Positions 1 to 10,729 of a stretch of DNA of 64,000 nt are shown piece after piece. Each line of letters opens with the position of its first letter. The stretch's first letter is position 1. Source of the DNA: Candidatus Sodalis pierantonii str. SOPE (GTDB taxonomy: Bacteria > Pseudomonadota > Gammaproteobacteria > Enterobacterales > Enterobacteriaceae). The position numbers and the translations under genes are program-made. The notes under the pieces were generated by a model. The model ran no database searches, was not told the DNA's origin, and worked only from the letters and a program-made list of their open reading frames with translations. The DNA is taken from NCBI RefSeq assembly GCF_000517405.1, contig NZ_CP006568.1, positions 4,273,565 through 4,337,564 of the forward strand, written 5' to 3'.

Positions 1-892
1 GACCCAGGCCGGCGCCCTGGCGGCAGATTATCCGGTCGAACAGTGTTTTGATTCTCTGGAGCAGCTTTCCACCTCCGACCTGATTGACGCGGTGTATATC
101 GCCAGCCCCAACGCCCTGCATTGTCAGCAGAGCCTGCTGTTTATGCGCCAGGGTAAACACGTGATCTGTGAAAAACCGCTCGCTTCCACGCTAGCTGAGG
201 CGGAACAGATGATTGCCTGTGCCCTTGAGCATCAGGTGGTGCTGTTCGAGACGTTCAAAACCGCCTATCTGCCCAATTTCCAGGCGCTCCAACGGGCACT
301 CCCGAGCGTCGGGCGACTGCGTAAAGGGCTTCTGAATTACTGCCAGTACTCTTCGCGCTACGACAAATATCTTGCCGGCGAGAATCCCAACACCTTTAAT
401 CCCCATTTCTCCAACGGCTCGATCATGGATATTGGCTTTTATCCGCTGGCGACCGCGGTGACCCTATGGGGGGAACCGGAACGGGTGCAGGCCAGAGCGT
501 CGCTGTTGCCCAGCGGCGTGGACGGCCACGGCACGGTCATTCTCGATTACGGCGATTTTGACATTACCCTGCTGCACTCCAAAGTGAGCCAGTCCGCGCT
601 GCCGAGCGAGATCCAGGGCGAGACCGGGTCGCTGCTTATTGAGAAAATAGGCGAATGCCAGCGCCTGACGCTGGTTGCCCGCAACGGCAATCAGCAAGAT
701 CTGAGCCAACTGCAGCATATCAACAGTATGCTGTATGAGGCGCATGCGTTCGCCGATCGGATAGCGCAACGGCAAAGCGAACATCCCGCGCTGGCGATAA
801 CCCGCAGCACGGCGCGGCTACTCACCGAAATCCGGCGGCAAACCGGGGTCGTTTTCCCTGCCGACACGTCAGCGCAAGGTGAGACAAGCTAA
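1..892 (+). CDS. Gfo/Idh/MocA-family oxidoreductase, 5'-partial (continues upstream of window)
   Basis: ORF 92..892 extends in-frame with no stop back to position 2 (TQAGALAADYPVEQCFDSLEQLSTSDLIDAVYIASPNALH...). It matches the C-terminal domain pattern of Gfo/Idh/MocA dehydrogenases. Its stop overlaps the next start (TAATG at 890-894). Confidence 0.7.
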   Translation, partial: TQAGALAADYPVEQCFDSLEQLSTSDLIDAVYIASPNALHCQQSLLFMRQGKHVICEKPLASTLAEAEQMIACALEHQVVLFETFKTAYLPNFQALQRALPSVGRLRKGLLNYCQYSSRYDKYLAGENPNTFNPHFSNGSIMDIGFYPLATAVTLWGEPERVQARASLLPSGVDGHGTVILDYGDFDITLLHSKVSQSALPSEIQGETGSLLIEKIGECQRLTLVARNGNQQDLSQLQHINSMLYEAHAFADRIAQRQSEHPALAITRSTARLLTEIRRQTGVVFPADTSAQGETS

Positions 893-1629
893 TGCAAAAT
901 AGTAATCACTTACTTATCTTGCAGACCGGCGATGCCCCCGAATCGGTCAGGCGCGAGCACGGCAACTTTGACCGCATGTTCATACTGGCCGGTGAAGTCA
1001 ATGAGGCGCGCGTTCAGGTGGTTTATCTGCCCGGTGGCGAGCGGCCTGAAGCGCCAGAAACCTATGCTGGCGTCATGATTACCGGCTCCGAGGCGATGGT
1101 GACGGACAAACTGCCCTGGAGCGAGTACGCCGCCGATTGGCTACGCCGGGCGGTGGCGGGGAACACGCCCGTTTTCGGCGCCTGTTATGGTCATCAGTTG
1201 CTGGCCTATGCGCTGGGCGGTAAGGTGGATTATCACCCCGACGGCATGGAGCTGGGCACTCAGGCCATCGAACTGCTGCCGGCGGCGGCGGATGACGTGC
1301 TGCTGACGGCGCTACCCCGGCGTTTCGGCGCCAATTTGGTGCACTCGCAGTCAGTGCTTACTTTGCCTTCAGGCGCTACGGTGCTTGGCCGTTCCGCTCA
1401 TGATCCCCACCAGATCCTGCGCTATGGGCTCAACGTTATCACTACCCAGTTTCATCCTGAGTTCACCGCAGCCATCATGCGCAGCTATTTGGTGCGCATG
1501 ATGGCGCAAGAGCCGAAACGGCGCGACAATTACCAGCATCTGGAGGGTCAAATCGTCGCTACGCCCCACAGCCAGGGTCTACTGGTGCGCTTCGTGCGCC
1601 GCTGTTTGCGCGGTGATGTTACGGTTTGA
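892..1629 (+). CDS. class I glutamine amidotransferase-like protein
   Basis: 245-aa ORF with the GATase1 signature (PVFGACYGHQLL nucleophile elbow, ...FHPEF). Translationally coupled to the upstream gene. Confidence 0.75.
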   Translation: MQNSNHLLILQTGDAPESVRREHGNFDRMFILAGEVNEARVQVVYLPGGERPEAPETYAGVMITGSEAMVTDKLPWSEYAADWLRRAVAGNTPVFGACYGHQLLAYALGGKVDYHPDGMELGTQAIELLPAAADDVLLTALPRRFGANLVHSQSVLTLPSGATVLGRSAHDPHQILRYGLNVITTQFHPEFTAAIMRSYLVRMMAQEPKRRDNYQHLEGQIVATPHSQGLLVRFVRRCLRGDVTV

Positions 1630-1866
1630 TATTGACGGTTGCATTTTTTTACATTAGCATGGTTCACAGCAAAGGGGAGTAACTTTCCGCCGGCCAGCCG
1701 TCAATACGATGCCAAAGCATCCGGTAGCCGGGCAACTGCAGAATTTTCATGCGGGTTGTAAGTGAGACCTTGCCGGAAGGCGAGACTCGCTTATAGCTCA
1801 GACCGTGAACAACGGTCTGGCGCCTTCTGACGGCAGCCGTTGTTCGTTGTGGAAGGACTATCTCAG

Positions 1867-2813
1867 ATGCATACCGTCGGAAATCCCTTGCTGTGGGGCA
1901 GCTTTGCTGTCGTGGTGATAATCATGCTGGCCGTGGATTTATTAATGCAGGGCCGCGCGGGGGACAAACCCCCGTCGATGAAACAGGCGGCGCTATGGTC
2001 GCTGCTGTGGGTCGCGCTGGCGCTGGTGTTTAACGCCCTGTTCTGGGCCTATTTGCTCCAGACCGAAAGCCGGGCGGTGGCCGATGTTCCTTACCGACTA
2101 CCTGCTGGAAAAAACCCTGGCGGCCGATAATGTGTTCATCTGGCTGATGCTGTTTAGCTATTTTGCCGTACCGTTTTCGCTACAGCGCCGCCTACTGACC
2201 TGGGGCATTCTGGGCGCCATCGGGCTGCGTGCCGTCATGGTGTTCGCCGGAAGTTGGCTTATCAGCGAATTCCAGTGGCTGTTGTATGTCTTCGGCGCGT
2301 TTTTGCTGTTCACCGGCATCAAGATGGCCCTGCCCGGCCATAACGAACAGGATATCGGTAACCGCCCGCTGGTCCGCTGGCTCTACCGCCATTTGCGGGT
2401 GACGAATGAACTGCACGGCGAGCGTTTTTTCATCCGCCGCAATGGTCTGCTGTTCGCCACCGCCGCTCTTGCTGGCGCTGTTCATGGTGGAATTCAGCGA
2501 CGCCATTTTCTCTCTCGACAGCATACCGGCGATCTTCGCCGTCACGACCGATCCATTTATCGTGTTGACCTCCAATTTGTTTGCCATCCTGGGGCTACGG
2601 GCAATGTATTTTCTGTTGGCCAATGTGGCCGAACGTTTCTCGCTGCTGAAATACGGGCTGGCGGTGATTTTGGTCTTTATCGGTATCAAAATGCTCATTG
2701 TGGATATCATCCATATTCCGGTCGCCGTATCGCTGGCCATGGTCGCGCTCACGGTGACGCTGATGCTCAACGCCTGGGTCAATCGGCGGCAACGCCGAGT
2801 CAGGCAACGGTAG
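1867..2813 (+). pseudogene. alx: alx (TerC-family membrane protein), broken by two frameshifts
   Basis: Three consecutive ORFs in different frames (1840..2130, 2084..2893, 2406..2813) together reproduce E. coli Alx end to end: [17 protein letters not shown]..., ...[20 protein letters not shown]..., ...[34 protein letters not shown]...AWVN. Frame changes are near 2090 and 2440. Confidence 0.75.
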
Positions 2814-2959
2814 CGGCGGCGGAGCTAGCGCGCCGGTGCGCGTGGGACGGGGTCATTCCGTCGGGGTTATGCGCCAGCGGCGCGCTTAAATAGGCAGGTC
2901 AGCGGCGGTGCGCCGCAATAGCACCAGGATCATGCCGGCGGGAGCACCAAAGGCGTCGC

Positions 2960-3514
2960 TCAACGGCCGGGGACCTGAACCGGCAGCGCGCGGTTTTCCG
3001 TGACGAAGGGGTCAATACCCTGCTTGATAAGCCGGTGAAAACGCACAATCGCCAGGCCATTCATGATAAGAAAGCTGCCCTCTATCAATGAACCGCCGAT
3101 GGAGCCGAGCCAGATATTGTGGGTAACCCAACATGCGGTCGAGCACCACATCACGCAGCGTGTGGTCAGGCCGCTACAGCGAAACAGCGCCCAGGTACTG
3201 GCCACCGTGCCAACGATCGGCAGTAATTCGACCCCATAGCGGACTTTCGGCAAACCGAGCCCCAGCGTTAAAGCGATAAATACCAGCATGGCCCAGACAC
3301 TGCGGGTGCGCGTGGAAACCAGCGTGCGCAGCGTATTCAGTACGGCGCTCATGCCGGCGGCATTAGCGCCCATTAAAAAGAAATGCAGGCCGATTATCAG
3401 GCTATAGAGCGCCAGTTGCAGCTTAAACCGGCGCTCGTTGCGGTTGAAAAAAGTGGTGATGCCGACGACGAACGCCAGCCCGCCTACCGCTTGGGCAAAC
3501 CAATACAACGTCAT
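2960..3514 (-). CDS. ygjV: YgjV-family inner-membrane protein
   Basis: 184-aa hydrophobic ORF. It sits in the E. coli-syntenic position between alx and uxaA, and its length matches YgjV (183 aa). Confidence 0.8.
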   Translation of the reverse strand: MTLYWFAQAVGGLAFVVGITTFFNRNERRFKLQLALYSLIIGLHFFLMGANAAGMSAVLNTLRTLVSTRTRSVWAMLVFIALTLGLGLPKVRYGVELLPIVGTVASTWALFRCSGLTTRCVMWCSTACWVTHNIWLGSIGGSLIEGSFLIMNGLAIVRFHRLIKQGIDPFVTENRALPVQVPGR

Positions 3515-3554
3515 GAGGGAAAATCTCGGTCAAGAGAATGGGAAAGTCAATGAA

Positions 3555-3590
3555 AACGGCGTTTCATAATACGAAACGCCGTTCCCCGGC
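3555..3590 (-). terminator. 12-bp perfect hairpin between uxaA and ygjV (possible terminator or attenuator)
   Basis: aaacggcgtttc-ataatac-gaaacgccgttt is a perfect inverted repeat. On the minus-strand transcript it is followed by uucauug, which is only a weak U tract. Confidence 0.3.
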
Positions 3591-3614
3591 CGCAAAAAAA
3601 ACCGTTAAAAAAAA

Positions 3615-5031
3615 TTACAAGGTCACGCCGCTTTTGAAAATCGCCAGTTCGCGAAAATCGTTGATCTCGTTTCGGGTTTGCTTGCCGTTGGCAAAGGCGA
3701 CGATAAGATCGACAAACTCGGTTAACACCGCATCCATACTCATACCGTGGATCAACCGCCCGGCGTCGAAATCGATCCAGTGCGGTTTTTTCGCCGCCAG
3801 CTCGCTGTTGGTCGCCAATTTCACGGTCGGCACAAAACCGCCGTAGGGCGTACCGCGACCGGTGCTGAACAGCACCATGTGGCAGCCTGCACCGGCGAGG
3901 GCGCTGGTGGCCACCGCATCGTTGCCCGGCGCGCTCAGGAGATTCAGCCCCGGTACGCTTAACCGCTCACCGTATTTCAACACGTCGACCACCTTGCTCT
4001 GACCGGCTTTCTGCGTGCAGCCAAGGGATTTCTCCTCAAGCGTTGTGATACCGCCGGCTTTATTGCCAGGAGAGAGGTTTTCATAAATCGGCTGCTGATG
4101 GGCGATAAAGTACTGTTTGAAATCGTTGACCATATGCACGGTCTTTTCAAAGGTGGCTTCATCACGGCAGCGGCTCATCAGGATCCGTTCGGCGCCAAAC
4201 ATTTCCGGGACTTCCGTCAGCACGGTGGTGCCGCCGTTGGCAATCAGATAATCCGAAAAACGTCCGAGCATGGGGTTGGCGGTAATCCCCGACAGGCCGT
4301 CCGAACCGCCGCATTCCAGTCCAAATTTCAGTTCGCTGAGCTTGCCCGGTTCGCGATGGTCGTCGCGCATGCGCTGATAAAGCGCGCGCAAACATTCCAG
4401 TCCGGCCTCCACTTCATCATCCTGCTGCTGGCAAATCATGAAGGTGACCCGCCCGCTATCGAACTCGCCGAGGGTGGTGCGAAACACATCCACCTGATTA
4501 TTCTCGCAGCCCAGCCCGATGACCAGCACCGCGCCGACGTTGGGGTGGCGCACCATGTTTTGCAGCATGGTGCGGGTGTTCTCATGGTCTGCCCCCAGCT
4601 GCGAACAGCCGAACGGGTGGGTGAACAAATGCACGCCGTCGATATCTTCCGCGCCAAAGGTCTCCTTGAGGAACCGCTGCTGGATCTGGCGGGCGATGCC
4701 GTTGACGCAGCCCACGGTCGGGCATTTGCGGCGGCAGCGCGGGGAACGCGGGCTGATATTGATATTCATCCAGATCACTGAGATTGGTTTTCGCGTTCTG
4801 TGAGTGAATATGTTCGCCCGGCTGGATGAGGCTTTTGGCGTGCCCGATGGGCAAACCGTATTTGATAATCATGTCCCCTTCGCCGATGGGCGTTAGGGCA
4901 AACTTATGGCCGCGCGCAACGGGCTGACGTAGTGTAACGCGGTCATTACCGACAGTTACCGTCTCGTCAGCCGGCAGGTCTTGCAGGGCGACCGCCACAT
5001 TGTCAATGGAATGAATTTTAATAATATTCAT
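3615..5031 (-). pseudogene. uxaA: altronate dehydratase UxaA, frameshifted
   Basis: The N-terminal 95 aa (MNIIKIHSIDNVAVALQDL...TNLSDLDEYQYQPAFPA) are in ORF 4582..5112. The remainder (PTVGCVNGIARQIQQRFLKE...FKSGVTL) is in ORF 3615..4778 in another frame. The frames diverge near 4780-4800 relative to E. coli UxaA. Confidence 0.75.
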
Positions 5032-5047
5032 GATGAACCTTTGGGTT

Positions 5048-6499
5048 TCAGCAATAGGCGGCAACGGCGTCCCGCATGCCCCGGTCAAGGATGGCCTGCA
5101 GTTGCTGTTCAACCTGTTTCGCCAGACTGGGTACCTGCAGCAGATCCTGCTGCCAGTGTCCGGTATCGCTCAGTACGGTTTCGACCAGTTTGCCAAGCGG
5201 GGTGGTGCCGGCCATCACGCCGCTCCATAGCGTCTGGTAACGATCCAGCCATGACTTATCATCTTGCTGTGGATAAGACTCGCCGTTGCGTTCGCCGCGA
5301 TAAAACGCGATAAGCGCCGCCAGCGCGAAAGTCAGCCGTGCCGGCAGTTCACCATGCTGTTGCCGGTAGGCTAGCAGCTGCGGCAGGATCCGGGTGCGGA
5401 ATTTGGTCATACCGTTGAGCGCGATGGACAACAGTTGATGCTGGATAAACGGATTGCGAAAACGCCCCTGTACCGCCTCGGCAAAAGAGATAAGTTCGTC
5501 GTGAGGCAGATCCAGCACCGGCACGATTTCTTCGGCGATGGCTTTTGCCACGAACGCACTGATCTGCTCGTCGTTCATCGCCGCGCCCACGGTATCCAGA
5601 CCGGCCAGCCAGGCTACCGGCACCAGTGCGGTATGCGCGCCGTTCAAAATGGCCACTTTGCATTCTTTATAGGGTTTGATGTCGTCGACGATGCGGATGT
5701 TCAGGTTGAGCTGATCCAAACGCAACGCCTGGGCCAGCCAGGCCGGTCCCTGAATAACGAACAGATAAAAATATTCGGCGGTGTCGAGGAAGGTGTCTTG
5801 ATAGCCGAGTTCCGTTTGCAGCGCCTGCACTTCATCGCGCGGGTAACCCGTGACGATGCGGTCCACCAGCGTCGAGCAGAAGGTATTGCTATCGTTCAAC
5901 CAGTGGACAAATTCCGCCGGCAGCGCCCACAGGTCGGCATAGCGCAGCACCATTTCGCGCAGCGCGTCGCCGTTATAATCGATAAGTTCGCAGGGGATAA
6001 GCACCCATCCTTTATCCGCCGCGCCGTCAAAATGGCAGAAACGTTCGTACAGCAAACGCGTCAGTTTGGCGGGGTAACTTTGCGGCGGCGCATCTTGCAG
6101 TCGGTCGCCGTCGTTAAAGCTAATGCCGGCCTCGGTGGTGTTGGAGAAGACAAACTGGATGTTGGCATCATGAGCCAGCGCCAGATAGTCATCGAACTGG
6201 CGGTAGACATTAATCTCGCGGTTGACCGACCGGATAACGCGCGACTGGCGCACCGCGTCGCCCTGTTCGTTCAGGCCGCGGATAATCGTGGTGTACAGGC
6301 CGTCCTGGGTCGACAACGACGGGGGGAAATCGGTATCGATAGGGCGCACGACGACGACGCCGGCATCAAGATCGGTGTGTTCGTTCAGCAAGTCCAGTTG
6401 CCAGTCGACAAAGGCGCGCAAGAAATTCCCTTCGCCGAACTGAATAACGCGGTCGGTATACTGGCGACCGGGAAAATTTTGACGATTTAGCGTTTGCAT
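5048..6499 (-). CDS. uxaB: altronate oxidoreductase (tagaturonate reductase) UxaB
   Basis: 483 aa. It is near-identical in its N-terminus to E. coli UxaB ([44 protein letters not shown]...). The ORF is intact. Confidence 0.9.
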   Translation of the reverse strand: MQTLNRQNFPGRQYTDRVIQFGEGNFLRAFVDWQLDLLNEHTDLDAGVVVVRPIDTDFPPSLSTQDGLYTTIIRGLNEQGDAVRQSRVIRSVNREINVYRQFDDYLALAHDANIQFVFSNTTEAGISFNDGDRLQDAPPQSYPAKLTRLLYERFCHFDGAADKGWVLIPCELIDYNGDALREMVLRYADLWALPAEFVHWLNDSNTFCSTLVDRIVTGYPRDEVQALQTELGYQDTFLDTAEYFYLFVIQGPAWLAQALRLDQLNLNIRIVDDIKPYKECKVAILNGAHTALVPVAWLAGLDTVGAAMNDEQISAFVAKAIAEEIVPVLDLPHDELISFAEAVQGRFRNPFIQHQLLSIALNGMTKFRTRILPQLLAYRQQHGELPARLTFALAALIAFYRGERNGESYPQQDDKSWLDRYQTLWSGVMAGTTPLGKLVETVLSDTGHWQQDLLQVPSLAKQVEQQLQAILDRGMRDAVAAYC

Positions 6500-6559
6500 T
6501 CGGGAGTTACCTTCAATATAAAGCCGTTCACGGGCGGGCCGTCGGCCCGCCCGGCTTAA

Positions 6560-7561
6560 TCAGAGTTCAATGGCAAAGTAGTTTTTGGCGTTGTCGAAGC
6601 AAATGTTTTTCACCATTTCGCCCAACAGCTTTATGTCCGCCGGTGCTTCGCCCTGCTCGACCCAGTGACCGATCATCCTGCATAGAATGCGGCGGAAGTA
6701 TTCGTGACGGGTGTAGGACAGGAAACTGCGGCTGTCGGTCAGCATGCCGACAAAGCGGCTGAGCAAGCCGAGGTTGGCCAGTTGGGTCATCTGACGCTCC
6801 ATGCCGTCCTTCTGATCGTTAAACCACCAGCCAGAACCAAACTGCATCTTGCCGGGCATGCCTTCGCCCTGGAAGTTGCCGACCATGGTCCCGATGGTTT
6901 CGTTGTCGCTCGGGTTCAGGCAATAAAGGATGGTTTTCGGCAGCGCATCGTTTTTCGCCTGTGCGTCCAACAAGCGGGAGAGGTTCTGGACCACCGGCTG
7001 ATCGTTGGCGGAATCGAAACCGGTATCGGGGCCGAGCAGTTTCAGCATGCGGCTATTGTTATTGCGCAGCGCGCCAATATGGTACTGCTGTACCCAACCG
7101 CGGCGGGCGTATTCTGCGCCGAGGAACACCAGCACCGCGGTTTTGAACTGCGCGATTTCCTCGGCATTCGGCAGCTTACCGTCCAGGCGACGGGCCAGGA
7201 TGCCATCGAGCGTGTGGGTATCGGCTTCGCCATAGACCACCACATCAAGCGCGTGGTCAGAGACGCGGCAGCCGTGGGCGGCGAAATGGTCCAGACGTTT
7301 CGACAACGCGTCGCAAAGCGCGCTGAATCCGCTAATGGCGGTGTCCGAAGCACCCTCGAGCTTCTTCAGATAATCCACGTAACCTTCGGCTTCAATATTG
7401 AAGGATTTATCCGGGCGCCAGCTGGGCAGCACTTTGATGGAGAAGCTGCTGTCTTGCGCGACGGCTTTATGATGGCACAGGTCATCGATCGGATCATCGG
7501 TGGTGCCAACCATTTTCACGTTCATCTGTAGCGATGCAAAATATTTTGGACTAATTTGCAA
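6560..7561 (-). pseudogene. uxaC: glucuronate isomerase UxaC, 5'-truncated (lacks about 137 N-terminal codons)
   Basis: The 333-aa ORF aligns to E. coli UxaC residues about 138-470 (MQ?[14 protein letters not shown]...YFAIEL). Sequence upstream of 7561 is unrelated: an inverted repeat followed by a Dam-like fragment. Confidence 0.8.
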
Positions 7562-7613
7562 GCAATTCTGGACTCCTTTAAACCACTAAAAAATGGCCAT
7601 TTTGGACAGTCCA
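7562..7613. repeat. inverted repeat caattctggac...gtccagaattg at the uxaC truncation point and island boundary
   Basis: Seen directly: an 11-bp perfect inverted repeat separated by about 30 bp. Confidence 0.5.
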
Positions 7614-7634
7614 GAATTGTTTGCAAAAAGGAAA

Positions 7635-8782
7635 TCAGGCGAAATTACGAATGATCAACTCGCGTCTGCTATGAGGGTTGTTGCCTAATGAGTATTTTAG
7701 GTCAACAACGTCGATATGAAGGTTTTTGAAGATGCTCCTCATTTCTGGGATATCATTAACTGAAATAACCATTCTTCCTGTTATCGAATGAGCCAGGCTA
7801 TCAATGATGCTGTATTGCTCCAGGCCAAACGCCACGCCATAGCCTTGAGTCTTCCAGTAAGGTGGATCAAGGTAGAACAATGTATGTGGCCTATCATATT
7901 TTTCAATACAAGCCTGCCAACCAAGATGCTCTATGGTTGCCTGAGATAAACGCAGATGAGCCTGTTATAGCTGCTCTTCGATTCTTAGAAGGTTCAATGA
8001 CTGTGATCGCACAGCGGAAGTACCAAAGTTCTGCCCGCTCACTTTGCCACCAAATGTGAGTTGTTGAAGATAGTAAAACTGGGCGGCTCGCTGTATATCG
8101 GTCAGCGTTTGTGGTGGTGTTTCTTTTAGCCAATCAAACAGCTGCCTACTGCTTAAAGCCCACTTAAACTGACGTATAAATTCCTCCAAATGGTACTTAA
8201 CTGTCACTACCAATTGAAAAGTGATCCACCCTGCTAAGTAAAATAGGCTTTTTTGTTAAAATCAGTGGTTATTAATACGCCATTATGCCGAAGGCATGCG
8301 AGGCGCGAAAAGTACTTATAAACGCGCTCTGAAGCTTCTGCGCACCGATACGTGAGCGAAGCGAACTTGTACTGGCATAGCCCCGGAAACCGCGTCAGCG
8401 CCCTGCTTGCGTTTTTTTCGATGTAGAGATCGCGCATATGGATGCGATTATGTCCACTTGTCGAACTGTCTTATAGTTTTCAAATATCCAAGATTATTTT
8501 TGTTAGCTTCCTCTTAAAAGAATAGTGATTTAATTAGCATAATGGATCAGATTTAAACCGGTGGTGACACTTAACCACCCGATAGAGGTTTATCAAATCG
8601 CCATTGATATCGTTCAGCACTTCGACTGTGGATGGTTCCTTGCTGAAAAACAGCGCCGCTCCCCCACAGAATGGTTCAACGTAGCATTTGTGCTCAGGAA
8701 AGTACGATAGAAGACGTTTAGCCAGCCGCCGCTTTTCTCCCACCCAAGGTACGATTGGCGTACTCATTAATGCAATCCTCAT
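7635..8782 (-). pseudogene. Dam-like (D12-class, phage-type) N6-adenine DNA methyltransferase, shattered into three frames with an insertion of about 320 bp
   Basis: ORF 8534..8782 carries motif I (EPFCGGAALFF). ORF 7965..8213 carries the RAAQFYYLQQLTFGG block. ORF 7635..7880 carries catalytic motif IV (DPPY). The three pieces lie in different frames, and there is unrelated sequence at 8214..8533. Confidence 0.7.
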
Positions 8783-9214
8783 GCATTACTATAATTTTTA
8801 CCGATCAATAATCAGTAATTAATCGTCAAGATAATTATTAGTTGTAACTCGTAGATACTGACTGAGGGGTAGTGGCTATAAGTAATAACACGGGAAGAGA
8901 AATATTTTAATTTAAAATCAAAATGTTAACCTGTAATGGCTAAAGAGGTAATCCAGCATTGATTAATCTGTCGGCATAAATATTAAGCTGGGAGTTCCCA
9001 TAAACGAGTGTATTTAACAATGATGCAAAATACGTTAGGGTAAGGCTGCAGATGAGCTGCAATGAACTGTTTTTTATTATAATTAATTAAAAATATAGGT
9101 TTTTATGAAATACCTCTATATGATATCGATGGTCTAAGGGCAATAGCCATCATTTTTGTGCTGGCTTTTTATGGTGGATTGACGGTTTTTCCATCAGGTT
9201 TTATCGGTGTGGAT

Positions 9215-10269
9215 GGCTTTGTTGAATAAATCGAACTTTTAGGTGACTGGCGGCTCTGATCACTACATTCGTTTCAACATCAGGTCACCATGGCAAAGCA
9301 AAAGTTTAAAATCACCAACTGGCCCGCATACAACAATGCGCTCAGGCAGCGGGGGGACATGACAGTATGGCTTGATGAGTCAGCCATTGCTGCATGGACT
9401 GAGAGTACACCCCCTGAACATCGTGGCCGGCCGCTTCACTACACCGATATGGCCATTACCACGGTTCTGATGATAAAGCGCGTGTTTAACCTTTCGCTCC
9501 GGGCGTTACAGGGTTTCCGTTGACGCGATTTTTAAACTGATGGGGCTGTCGCTGCGCTGCCCAGATTACTCTCTGGTCAGCCGGCGAGCAAAAACCGTCG
9601 ACATCAGCATAAAAACGCCAACCCGCGGCGAAATCTCACACCTGGTCATCGATGGCACCGGCCTGAAAATCTTCGACGAAGGCGAATGGAAAGTCAGGCA
9701 GCATGGGGCTGAGAGGCGCAGAGTATGGCGCAAGCTTCATCTGGCAGTAGATAGCGCGACACATGAAATTATCTGTGCCGATTTATCGCTAAGCGGTACG
9801 ACAGATGCGCAGGCGCTGCCCGGGCTGATTAACCAAACCCACCGGAAAATCAGGGAAGCGTCGGCTGACAGTGCTTACGATACGCGTTACTGTCATGATG
9901 CTCTGCTGAGGAAAAAAATAAAGCCGCTTATCCCACCGCGAAGTGGTGCGCAATATTGGCCAGCTCGATACCATGAGCGTAACCATGCGGTGGCAAATCA
10001 GCATCTGAGCGGCAATAACGATACCTGGAAAAAGAAAGTAGGTTATCACCGGCGTTCACTGGCTGAAACGGCCATGTTCCGGTTTAAAACACTTCTGGGT
10101 GGTCATCTGAGTCTGCATGACTATGACGCGCAGGTAGGTGAGGCTATGGCAATGGTCAAAGCGCTTAATCGGATCACGTTGTTAGGAATGCCAAACAGCG
10201 TCCGCATCATGTAACAATCGCCCTGATAGGGAGGAAGTCGTCACAAATTTCGGATTTATTCAACAAAGC
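9215..10269 (+). mobile_element. IS903-like (IS5 family) copy 1; transposase frameshifted; no target-site duplication
   Basis: Ends are GGCTTTGTTGAATAAATCGAACTTTT... and ...GATTTATTCAACAAAGC. The transposase is split into 9290..9523 and 9540..10214 by a 1-bp insertion (tttccgttgac versus tttcgttgac in the intact copies). Flanks ggtgtggat and aatgtttta differ. Confidence 0.85.
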
Positions 10270-10729
10270 AATGTTTTATTCACCTCCCTGCTAGCCGCGT
10301 TATTTTATTTGCCTAGTGATTTCATTGATTATGTAAACAGTGCGAGATACACAATCCTTCTTATTTCAAATCAGTTTTTTAAGCGTTCGACAACAGGTTA
10401 TGCTGCTCCAGAGGCAACATATTTGCTGCTACTGCATACCTGGTCACTTTCTATAGAATGGCAATGGTACCTGCTGTTACCTGCAAGCATTATTTTCATG
10501 CATCGCTATCTATCTGATAAATCAATAAAAACCGTTACATTATTATTAGTTGTGATAACAACAATATTATCAATAGCACTTTCTGCTAAATATCCTGATA
10601 AGAGTTACTATTTTTTTACATCACGTATTTTTGAATTTCTGATTGGCAGTAGCTTGGTAATTTTAGGGTGTGAAAAATATAAGCCAGGAAAAACAATATG
10701 TTACTTGTTCGGAATCACATCATTTCTTA

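Noticed and set aside
3538-3846. ORF 3538..3846 (+, 102 aa), very basic (MGKSMKTAFHNTKRRSPAAKKTVKKNYK...).
   Set aside because: It overlaps the 3' end of uxaA on the opposite strand and spans the intergenic hairpin. The lysine-rich start is just the translation of the A-rich spacer. No motif support.
7562-7640. Possible attL: ctggactc shared between 7567-7574 and the tRNA-Arg 3' end.
   Set aside because: Only an 8-bp match, which is not significant, and surrounding bases differ. The true att repeat, if any, is probably lost to the deletions at the island edge.
8234-8437. ORF 8234..8437 (-, 67 aa) inside the Dam insert.
   Set aside because: There is no RBS and no conserved motif. It lies within a probable non-coding insert. 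It could be part of an RNA or MITE, but there is no evidence for a protein.
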